Assembly: GCA_016748015.1 (NCBI GenBank)
Contig: JAAOMT010000096.1
Coordinates: 257,955-321,954, forward strand
DNA length: 64,000 nt
Source: Geosiphon pyriformis uo1
Lineage: Eukaryota > Fungi > Glomeromycota
Direction of reading: 5' to 3'
Below are positions 53,226 to 64,000 of this stretch, in pieces. The first letter of the stretch is position 1; every line of letters begins with the position of its first letter. The position numbers and the translations under genes were made by a program. The notes under the pieces were generated by a model. It did not search any database and was not told the DNA's origin. It worked only from the letters and a program-made list of their open reading frames with translations.

Positions 53226-56200
53226 CTAGGCATCAATATAAACAGAGACTGCATTCTCTATACCTGAAAAAAACAAACAAGATTTACAAAATCCAAAACT
53301 CATACCCACTGCCTCAGCTACACCCAGTAATTTAATCATGCTAGCTGAAAACATTAAAAGAAAACCTAATACTGGAACAAGAATAAAACTATCATGTAAA
53401 ATCAGACTGTTTTTTTCCATAAAAGCATAGTGCTTGGTATGAACCAACCAAATATCCTCCCAGAATACAAGACAGAATTTGCATACAAAATCCACAATAT
53501 AGTAACCTGCAATCTTAAAATCTTTGAAAACTAAAACAGACTCACAAAACTAATTATTAAAAACAAAACTCTTAGACAGTACTATACTAATCATAACATT
53601 GAAAACACAAGTGGACAACAACTATAAGACACAAAAAGAAGAAAAAAGTAAACCAGAACATACACCCCAAACAGACACATAAGTATTTAACAACCAAGCA
53701 TGACCAGCAGCTTCAAACAGACAAAAAAAGGCATGGTTAGATATCTTAATATCACTACAGAACAAGCAAACCACACTGGAGTAATACTTATTATATAATC
53801 ACTTACACACAGCAACAAGAAACTAATGATGAAAAGCTTTCATAAAATACATTTGAAAACCAGTAGTCTGTTTACTAGTAAAACCAGCTGCCAAATAAGA
53901 ATCAGAATGTCATACCAAAAATGATCTTAACTAATCAATCTTCACATACATACTATCTGCCACTATTTAAGAACCAGAACCAGTTTTCCAATATGCACGA
54001 TTAACAGACTGAAAAATTCTTCGAGCAAAATATTTAGATTTACTAGAAACAACAATATTATCAGTCCTAAGATAACTTTTACTAATCAAATAAAATAGGT
54101 GCTAATTGGAGACAGCAGCTGCTTTGGCCAACATATTAGCATGCTTATTGCCAGAAATGCCAGAGTAACTCCTAATCTTATGCCATCTAACATCTAAATT
54201 TTTGTGATGAATAGTGCTCACAATGTGGCAACATTCAATTCAACACCAATTTTTAAAATTCAGGTGAATAGACTTCAAATCCGACCTACACGCATCCAAA
54301 GCAGCCTGGCTGTCCATAAACAAGTCCACAGAATGAAAAAAGGGAACACACTCAAAAGCCAAAACAATAGCTTGCAGTTCTGTCATAGTAGAAAACAACA
54401 AACCAGAAACCTGCACACTCAAATCCAAATTAACATCCTTAAAAAAAACAGCTGCACCAGCCTTTATACCAAGAGTTTTTAAGCCACACAAAGATCTATT
54501 TGTATAAACTAAAAGATAATCCACATTAGCATACAGCAGATTGTCTTTGACAATATTAAACTCATGAGACTGTAAAATATTTAAAGAACTATTACCATCT
54601 GAAAGAGAAGAATTAATAGAGGAAACAGTAACACAACCAAGAAATTGAACAAAAAGTTCAAACCAAATGAAAACAGGGCTATGGGGGTCTAACTGTTTTC
54701 AATGCTTAAAAGTCTTTCATTCAAAAACAGCACCACTTTGGTCACATAGCTGGTCCACAAAAGCAATACCATAATGTCGAAGTGAAGAGACACACTTAAT
54801 ATAAGTCAACTCACCAAGGACAAAAGACATAAGAATCTCATCCTGAAGACAGAAAGCACTGGCCAGAGAGTTGTCTAAAGACAAATCATATCCAGAAAAT
54901 ATGTGCACTATATCTGTCAGAAAGTTATTTAAAAGGTTGACACTAACACAAGCCAGGAACTGTAAAAAATGAAGTAAACACCAGCTGAGAACCTGAAGAT
55001 CATGTGACTTATGAAAAAATAACTTGCCTAAAATACCAACCAAATTTGCAAAGGAAATAACTGAGCCAATTTGTTTTTAGCTTGAACTTGTTTAAATGTC
55101 TTCAAACTATACAAAGAAGAATAATGGATCACATAATTGGAAAAATCAAGTGGAAAACCAGATTTAGACTTTAAGCTTCTGCAAATAAGAGCATCCCATT
55201 TATTACACACATCAATAAAAATAAAACTGAATTGAGTTCTGCAACTTATGATTAGATGAAGAACAGCAGACACCAAGTACACAAACTGTTTATCTGAGAT
55301 CCCCTTCCTTAAAACAAAATTGACAAAAAATCAAACATCCAAATAAGCCTTAGCCATACTAGATTTTAACAAACTCTTAAAAGACAAAAAGATACCCAAG
55401 TAGTAATGCAACTCTCCTTTTTTGGCAACAAAAATAGGCAAGTCACTAATAGCTAGATAAAAATTCTTGATCTGACAGTTAATAGAAATGGCCACAGTTT
55501 TGTCATTATTGATGAAAATGTCATTAAACTGAAAAAATTCACTTACAACATTGAAAATATGTTGTGTAACAGCTTGGGTACTACCAATCTAAATTGTATT
55601 ATTGACGAAAGCACCAGCAGCAAAAAACAAAGTCAACTCAGCCTGAGATTCTGCTCTGCCAGTTTTGGAAATAAAATAAGAATTTAATCTATAACCACAC
55701 ATACTATTTTGCCTTTTAACTTCACACAAAAGTAGATCATAGAATATGTGTCATAAAAAAGACAAAAAAACCTCTCCTTGATCCAATCCATCATGAACAT
55801 GGTACCTGCCAGTTAGACCAAAATTTGTTATCACTTTGTTAATACAACTATTGTGAAGACCTCCAAAAAATCTAATAAATTTGTAACATATCTTGATCTG
55901 TGTTAAATTTTTCCTGAGATGTTTACAACCAACAAAGTTATAAGTCTTATATATGTCTTGCAAAACCAGCCAAAGTTCTTAATTCTTCTCTAAAGCATTT
56001 TCAATAACAGAACAAACAGCAAAAATGAGAGATTGTGTTATTGTATCTCTCAAAACAAAAAAGTTATTCTCATAAAAAATGTCAAAAGTGCTACAAACCA
56101 GAGAAATTCTGTTAGAAAAAATCTTGCAGGTTGTTTCAATCAGAGCAATAGGATAGGTATTTGTAAGAACACCCTTCTATTCATAAGGTTTAAGAATTAT

Positions 56201-57901
56201 TGAAATCCAAGCTTCTTTTTAAGATCTAAAAGCTGATTCACAAGTCAAACAAAAGTTCAAAAGCACCAACAGCATATCCAACATTAATTTGTCACAATAC
56301 TTTCACAATTCATTTGGGATGCCAAAAAGACCAGCAGCCTTCCTATTTGGCAGATCTAAGACCACAGCAGACATTTCATCAAATTCAATTAGACACATTA
56401 CATCAGAAAAAGCACCATTAAAAATGTACTCCAAAGGCTGATATTGGTAAGATTAATCATTAGAAATATCAGATACCACTTTATGTTTTCTAATCCAATC
56501 TTCTATGATCAAATTCATCTTAGATTTGACTAAATCTGGCTCCAGTACCAACTCATTATCCACAACCAAATAATTTAGCACCACTTTATAAAAGAGACAC
56601 TTCAAAACATTCCTGATAGTATAATCTTTATCCAATTCAAAATTTTCTATTTTTTTATTAATGGCTGTCTTGATGCAGAACTTTTTTGTACACCTGGACT
56701 TCATCAATTTTGAAGAGTGATAGAACTTTCTTGTCTTAACCAGAGCTGAGTAAATTGTGTTAAAATTAGACCCTGAAAGAAACAAAAATTTTACTGTCAA
56801 TGCACCAGCTGCATTAAGTCCATCCCATACATCCAACAGTGCTACAAAACTTCCACTAGAAACCAAATAGGAAGCTTTAACCAACCTAAACACCAACAAT
56901 TCCAGCTTATGAAACTTAGAAGATCTCTTGGTGAAAATCTCATTATAATCTTTAAACCATTTCTTTTTGAAAATTTCATTAGCTGAAAGAGTTATTGTTT
57001 TGCAAATGATATTTTACATTGCACCCAGATCTGAAAACTTCACAAAGACTGTAAACTCACTGGAAAACATTGTTGCATTGACTGCTGTGGCATCTCTGAA
57101 ATTATTTCATCTTGTATCATTAGCACTCTTAAAATCAAATTTCTAATAGTCTTTATTAGCTTGCTTGTGAATAGAGTTCAACTGTATATCCAAAAGCCCA
57201 CTTAAATCCACAAACACAAAAATTGCTTAGTGATTAGTGTTAAAGTGTTCACTAACATCCACAACATTGCAATTCACTACTGTATTAATCAAATTTAAAG
57301 AAATGAATACATAATCAATTGTTTTTTCTGAACTCTTTGAATTATTTTAAGTTGGAATTTTTGCACACAGACTCCCTAACAAAGAATTGACCAGCTCTAA
57401 ATTGAGACACTTCTTGAAACTTGCACATTTGTAGGAACTATTCTTATTAAAATTCTCATCCAATATAACAAAAAATGATTCATTTATGGCCTTAGCTATC
57501 AGAGAATTAATATTACCAGTCTGAAAATAACAAACAGCCAAAGAGGCACCAGCATAAAGCCCCAGAATTGAAACAGAAAGTTTATTCTTGAAAAGCAACT
57601 TGACAAAGAGAAGCTGGCCAGACACTTCAGAAACCTTGCATACATGACAAGCCAGAGAAGCATTTATAATGATTGCCATCCCAGCACCAAAAAACTCCTT
57701 GTCCAATTCAGATGAAAAAACTCTAATCTTACTGAACCTATTCTTGATCCATGGCCTACAACTAGATTTTAATTTTGTTTCTGTAACAATCAAAACCAAA
57801 CTCCCAGAATCCTTGTGCCAATAGATAGTGTTTTTCTACTTGAAAAGAACATTAATACCACAAACATTACATGTAGTAATCCTTTATACAAAATCACTTA
57901 T
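53226..57901 (-). pseudogene. LINE B ORF2 (APE-RT-RNaseH-CCHC), disrupted
   Basis: ORF-track fragments VTETKL, VILDENFN, GLDQGEVF, VYTNRSL..GAAVFF..TELQAI..DSQAAL, and the C-terminus CLFFSGIENAVSVYIDA* are homologous to LINE A. The start ATG has mutated to ATA. Confidence 0.88.
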
Positions 57902-59848
57902 TAAGGAATAAAAGAAGCCAATGAACACAAAACAGAACACAAACAATCTAACCTCTCTAAAACCAATTCAACCGACACTTCCAAAGCCACTATCTTAGAT
58001 TTCAATTCACCCATCTTAGTGGTCAAAATTTTAGAGCTGCTCAAGCTAAGATTAGTAACTATGTCCACAATGACCAAAAGGAAAGAGGCAAAAGATGTCA
58101 ATGTATTATCAAGAATCATATCTGAATTTAAATTAGAGACCAAACATGTTTGAGTGACTGGAGAAGATAAATAAGATGCATTTGTCTGGGGCATCAACTC
58201 AAAAAAATTCAGCTTTTTCATGACAATAGAAATCTGATCTGACAAAAGCTTCAGAAAATGTTCTAAAGAAGCCAAATAATTAACCAAACAAGAATCATCA
58301 AGAGAATTAGGGACCATTAAAATGGGTTTTGCACTCAACAACACACTAGTACCAAAAGAGTCTGATAAGATAGCATAAGCAGAAGAATCACTAGCAATCT
58401 GGGCCCAAGTCTTGCCACCAAAAGAAACTGGATGAGCAATAGGCATCTGCATCTTTTTATAAATATTGACCAAGTAAACATGATTCTGAGAAATTACCAC
58501 CCACTTATCATGACCACCAGAATTTTTACCAGTCAAACACATATCAGAAATATGACCAAATTGTTCACATTTGGTGTAACAAGCCAGAGAAAGACCAGCT
58601 CAACACAAATTCACATCCTTAAACACTAAAGTAGAACCAATAACAGCCAATCTAAATGTTTTATTAGTAAAACACACTATCACACATCTATTATGCACAT
58701 ATAAATTGGGATTACAGCTGATGAAACAAGTTTTCCCACCATATAATTCTAACAAACCAAACAAATCATAAGCTGTGATTCCAACTGGAAGAGTATACAA
58801 TAGAGTCTAATAATGGTTTCTTGTTACTCATAATTCTTTATTATTAACAGCCAAAGCCACACATACTGAATTTTTTCTTATGAAAACTGATCATTTAAAC
58901 ACAACCAAACTAGCCACATTTGATGATTCATATTCTACTAAGACCTTTTGCCAAAGACCAATCAGTTGTATTTTGATTGAAACAATCCTGCCAAATTTAG
59001 AAAAAACAGATTTCACAGCTGATTTGAAAAGATCCATTGGGATTTCCTTCACAACAATTTCCTAATTTGAGTATTTGTTTATCTGCCTAACATTATTATC
59101 GACTAAGATTTTTTTACTGATGGCTATTTCTTTAGCCTTTTTCAAACTAATTTCGAAGGTAAAAGTAGATCTAATAATGCCAGGAAATTTTGAAGGAGTA
59201 AAAGCTTTCCCAAAACCATCTACTTGATAAAAAAATTTTTTCACAGTAATTAATTTATCACCAATAGTTTTGTCAGGCACAGCTTTCAACTCAATATCTA
59301 AAGCAAACAATTTAACTGGATTAAATTTTTAAACAGAGAGGGCACATGACTTGGCTATTGACAACTGCTTAGAATCAGCAAACTTAGAAAAAAAAAGACT
59401 CAACACATTATTATCACTATCTGTAATTTCAAATGATGGAGCTTTCGATGGGTTGCCCAGCATGTAAGTACAAGTGCAAGTTTTTTTTAGCATGGTCTCA
59501 TCTATTTCTTTGTCATTACCTAATTTAATATAGCTGGTTTCCTCAGCAATTGTGTTCACCATATTTTTGACATCTAAGAGACTGCATACACTGTTAGCAA
59601 TACTGCTGATATTGCTTTCCCAAAAACATTACAGACTTAATGCCAAACATGTCAACATCTACTATATTCAGTGAGCCAACAGACAAATCGACTAAGGCAC
59701 CACCCATTTCTGGTTTTTTTGGGTTTTTAAATGACGCACTGCGAGAGTAGATACTCTCTACTTGCTTCTTTTTGGTATTAGGGCAGGTCCCCAAACCAGC
59801 CAAGCCAGAGCCAGAATTACCAACAGATGTGTCTACTGGTTTTATCAT
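57898..59848 (-). pseudogene. LINE B ORF1, disrupted
   Basis: MIKPVDTSVGNSGSG..., FALDIELKAVPDK, YTLPVG..GKTCFI, degenerate knuckle CYTKCEQFGHISDMC, SFGGKTWAQI. Homologous to LINE A ORF1 but with a different N-terminus. Confidence 0.82.
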
Positions 59849-59995
59849 AACAAATAAAGATATATACAAAAAAATAACTAGGGAAGAAATAGGGAAAAGA
59901 GAAAAGAAATAACAATAACTTCAATATATATTTCACTTTTATCATAGTCAGAAGATTAACAAGAGAAAAAAATTTTTTTAATTATGAGTAATTAT

Positions 59996-60500
59996 ATATA
60001 TTAATTATTAATATTATTAATTAACTATTTTATTTTTAAAAATAATTATTAATATAATTATTGATTTAATTTTTAATCTTTATTTAAAAGTATATAAAAA
60101 TTCATTTAAAGATTAATATAATAATATGATTTTTTATTTTTTTTCATTATTTTTATTCTTTTTTCTTTTTTTAATTTGTAAAATTATTAGTTTTTGTAAA
60201 ATATATTGAATAAATATTTATTAAAAAATAGAATTAATATTTAATATTAAATTTTAAAAATGTTAATATAAAACATATGTTATTTTTTGTTAATAATATG
60301 AATTATTTCTTTATTTTCAAATTTTTTTGTTATTTTTTGAAAAAAATAGTGATTAAAATATTTATAAAACTGATTTTATATATTAAATTTTTATTAATTT
60401 AATTTGTTTATTAAAATTAAATTATTTTTTTAATTATTTTATTATTATATAATACTGTTTTTTTTTAGCATATTATATTCAATTATAATATAAAAAAAGT
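59996..60500 (-). repeat. Family X copy split by the LINE B insertion (left part ends at ~53094)
   Basis: 53041-53085 matches 62509-62552 and 60381-60460 matches 63012-63092, so the two flanks of LINE B rejoin into one family X copy. Confidence 0.65.
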
Positions 60501-60779
60501 GTTTTTTATAAGATTTTAAATTTTTAATTTATTATTATTATATTGGCAATTATTTTTTTTTAACACAAAAAACCTATTACAAAAAAAAATTTTATTAGAT
60601 AATATATTTAAACAAATATGACTATAATATTAATTATTACAAAAAAATAAACAATTAAAATATAAATACTTTATTCTAATTGGTTATTTAGTGAACAAAA
60701 CAGATTAGCAATAATCAATTAAATTAATTATTAATAAAATACTTTAAATTAAATATAACAATAAAATTTTAAATAAAGA

Positions 60780-61750
60780 ACAATATTTATTAAAATATAA
60801 TATATATATTAATTTTTTAGCAAATATTTTAGAAAAACAAAGACAACTCAAAAAATATTAGCAAAATATTATTGGTTAATTTTAAAAAATAATATAATAA
60901 AATATATTAAAACTTATAATATTTATTAATAAAAAAATAAATCCAATTGAAAAAAAAAATATTTATTCAATTTTTGTTAATCAACTTTTTAACAAAATTG
61001 AAATTAATATTATTAGATTTTTAATAATAATTCTTAATAAAAACAAATATATTTTAACAAAAACAGATTATTTAATAAAATAAATCAAAACAAAAACAAC
61101 TTCAAATTAAATTACTAATTTTATTTATAAAAAAATTATAAATAAACATAAATATTTTCAAAAATTATTTTTAAATAAAAAAATGTTTTTCTTAATTTAT
61201 TGGTAAAAAAACTTTTAAAAAAATTTAAAATATATTACAAATTTTATTATTATTATTATTTATAGACTAATAAATTAGTAAAATATTTTAATTAAATACT
61301 TTGTAAAACTTTAATAAAAACTAGTAAAGAAACAAATCAATAAAACAAAGTTTTGTTTATAGTATTTTTTATTTATAAAACAGTAAATTATAATATAATA
61401 GGCTATAAATTCTTTTATTTACACTATAAGTATATAGCAATTTTACTTATTAAAACTATTAAAATAATATAATTAAACTTAATTATAAAAACATTTTGCA
61501 AAAAAAATATAAATTTTTTTGGTAAAAACACAAATAATAACTTATAAAAAAATAAAAATATTCCAAAAAAACTCAAAAAAAAGAAAATATATAAAATGTT
61601 TTTTATAAATATTAGTAACTTAATTCTTAAATATTAATTAGATTAAAACAATATTTTTGATAACAAATTTTCAAGTTAATAGAAAAAACTATTTATAATT
61701 AATAAAGTATTAAACAAAAGATTTTATATTTTATATTTTATAAAATTAAG
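60780..61750 (+). mobile_element. Hypermutated 'ghost' Ty3/Gypsy LTR-retrotransposon integrase
   Basis: KYFRKTKTTQKILAKYYWLILKNNIIKYIKTYNIY** (from 60822; HHCC region); FNKIEINIIRFL...NKYILTKTDYLIK*IKTK...ITNFIYKKIINKHKYFQKLFLNKK (60988-61182); YYL*TNKLVKYFN*ILCKTLIK...Q*NKVLFIVFFIYKT...GYKFFYLHYKYIAILLIK (61254-61454). These are the canonical Gypsy integrase motifs FDRIGIDIVGPL / DYLTKW / RHGxP..SDRG / YHPQTNGLVERFN / WD..L..VLFAYRT / PFYL.YGR after G>A and C>T changes. Confidence 0.88.
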
Positions 61751-62499
61751 ATAAAACAATATTTAATAATTAATTAATTTATAGTATATAAATTAAAAAT
61801 TATTACAAAAATTTTGATTGGTTATTAATTGTAATATTTATGATATTTATTAATAAAATACCAAAAAAATTATAAAAAAGTTATTTTAATCTCAAAACAA
61901 ACATATTTTTAATCAAAATATTTAAAATATTTTTTTTAAAATTTATAAATATTAGATAAATAATTATTTAAATATTTTGCTTATTATTAGAAAACAAATA
62001 ACAATTAAAATTAAAATTAAAATATACTTTGTTATTAATTCACAAACTGTCACAAAAAAACAGAAAATTGTTAACAAAATAAAAAATTATATATTTAAAT
62101 ACATAATTGTTAAAATACTTTTTTTTTAATATACTTAAAAGAATAATAAAATTTTTTTGCTTATTAATAAAAATTAGTTATATAAAAAACAATTTAAATA
62201 TTATGAAAAACTTGGTAAAGTCATTAAAAATATAAAGCTTTTAAAAAAACAATTTCAAAAATTCAAATAAAAATTTTAAGTATTATATGTTTAGATATTT
62301 TAAGAGTTTTAACTATTATAAAAAAACCAAAATACATATACAAAAATTTGATTTCTTAAGTTCAAAATTAATATTGTCATAGTTTTTTTATATTTTATTA
62401 GTTAAAAATTTTAACAAATTAATTAGCTTTAAGATAAAAACTTTAAAATTTTACTTAAATAAATTTATTTTGTTAAAACTCAATTTTTTTAAAGTAAAT

Positions 62500-63150
62500 A
62501 AAATTATAATTAAAACTTTTATTTTTTAATATTATTTATTTATTTAGTTATATTTATTAGTTATTAATATAATTAATTAATTATTTTAATTTTAGAAATA
62601 GTTTTTGAATAAATTATAATTAATAACTTAATTATTGATTTAATTATTAATTTAGTTATTAATTCGATTATTAATCTAATTAACCAAATTATTAATATAA
62701 TTACTAAATTAATTACTAATTTTTTTTAAGAGTATATAAGAGTTTTCAAAATATAAAAATTTATTCAAAACAAAAATCAATACAATAATTTTATTTTTTT
62801 ATCTTTTTTTAATAATTTTATTTTATTTTTTAATTTATATAATTATTAATTTTTATAAAGTATATTAAATAAACATTTATTAAAAAATACAAATAATATA
62901 TAATATTGAATTTTAAAAATACTAACATAAAATATAAAATTATATTAGTGTATTATTTTTTGTTATTTTTAGAAAGAATAACAACTAAGATATTTATAAG
63001 ACTATTTTACATATTAAATTTTTATTAATTTCATTTGCTAATTAAAGTTAAATTATTTTTTTAATTATTTTATTACTATATAATACTGTTTTTTTTTACT
63101 ATTTATTAATGTATTATATTTAATCATAAAAATATAAACTTTTTTAAAAA
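62500..63150 (-). repeat. Family X copy, heavily AT-converted, with an empty LINE B insertion site
   Basis: Aligns with 53041-53085 plus 59996-60460 and with 7600-8190. Confidence 0.6.
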
Positions 63151-64000
63151 ATAATTATTATTATTGTTATAATCTTAATATTTTTTTAATAATATTGTTA
63201 AAACCAAATTTTATTTAATTTCTTTTTGAATTATAATTTTATTAAAATACTTAAAATAACCAATTTTTAAGTAAAAATCTGTAAATATTATATTAAATAT
63301 ATATTAGATAAAATAGAAAATAAAAGAAAACTTTGCTTTTTTTATGATTTAAAAATTAATAAAAAAAATTATATTAATAAAAATAAAACTTAAAACAACA
63401 ATTTATTATTTTTTATAATAAAATTAATAATTCAACATTATATTAAATTAATTTTTACAATTTTTACAATTTATACAATTGTATTTTAAATAAAAATTAT
63501 TATTAATAGCTTTAATACTTAAAAAATTTTCTTAAAATTAAAACTTATTAAAAAAAGTTTGAATTTAATTGTTATTTTCTTAAAAAATTAATAATTAAAC
63601 TATTTTTTTCCAGATTAATCTTTTTTATTGCTATTTAAATAATTAGAAAACAAAAAACAATTCTATTTTTTTCAAGTTTAATTTAACTAATTTTTTAAAA
63701 TATCAAAAAAATACTTTTTTTGATATCTTTTAAAACAGTATTTTTGATTTAAAACTTATTTTTTATTTATAAAACATAAAATATTGTTATTATAATAAAA
63801 AAAATTGACCAATTACAAAAAAAATATAACTAATATATAATATCAAAAAATAATATAAAATAACATACAATAATTATTAATAATATAAAATAATTATATA
63901 AAATACTACAAAACAACATAAAATAATTTAAAATAGCTATTAATAATAACAAAATATTATAAAAAATAACAAAAAAAATAAGCTTTTAAAAATTACTTAT

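Larger units (their letters stand above)
53095..59976 (-). mobile_element. Full-length, more heavily mutated LINE (LINE B), related subfamily
   Basis: Same ORF1/ORF2 domain order on the minus strand; poly-T at 53094-53104; 3' UTR aligns ungapped with that of LINE A. 19-bp TSD TTTAGCTATAAGTAATTAT (53076-53094) versus TTTAATTATGAGTAATTAT (59977-59995). Confidence 0.93.

Noticed and set aside
45393-59065. Many antisense or alternate-frame ORFs in the track inside the two LINEs (e.g. 50953..51678 -, 48695..49120 -, 54204..54482 +)
   Set aside because: Shadows of the LINE ORFs; no domains of their own.
1-64000. CRISPR arrays, tRNA/rRNA genes, prokaryotic operons, or an alternative genetic code explaining the LINE stops
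   Set aside because: None seen. Host genes are spliced and use standard stops, and the LINE stops are of mixed types that transitions explain.

Overview
AT-rich eukaryotic DNA with short GT-AG introns. It is most likely from an early-diverging fungus (Glomeromycotina-like); this is inferred from gene and transposon style, not proven. The left ~38 kb is gene-poor. It holds a secreted Trp/Cys-rich Opy2-like peptide gene, two diverged F-box/zinc-finger paralogues with the same intron, a 4-exon auxin-efflux-carrier/PILS-family transporter, a 6-exon snurportin-1 (Cys at the position of the cap-binding Trp107), and small Tc1/mariner and LINE relics. The right ~25 kb is a nested transposon graveyard. 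Two full-length but dead LINEs (ORF1 CCHC; ORF2 APE-RT-RNaseH-CCHC; poly-A tails; TSDs) lie tail-to-tail inside extremely AT-rich DNA. That AT-rich DNA is not random: it can be read as 'ghost' LINE ORF1/ORF2 and a Ty3/Gypsy integrase in which almost every C and G has become T or A in all dinucleotide contexts, while reading frames stay largely intact. The main candidate for an undescribed system is a RIP-like, context-relaxed C-to-T hypermutation of repeats in an apparently non-Dikarya fungus, which short relics and diverged paralogues seem to escape.
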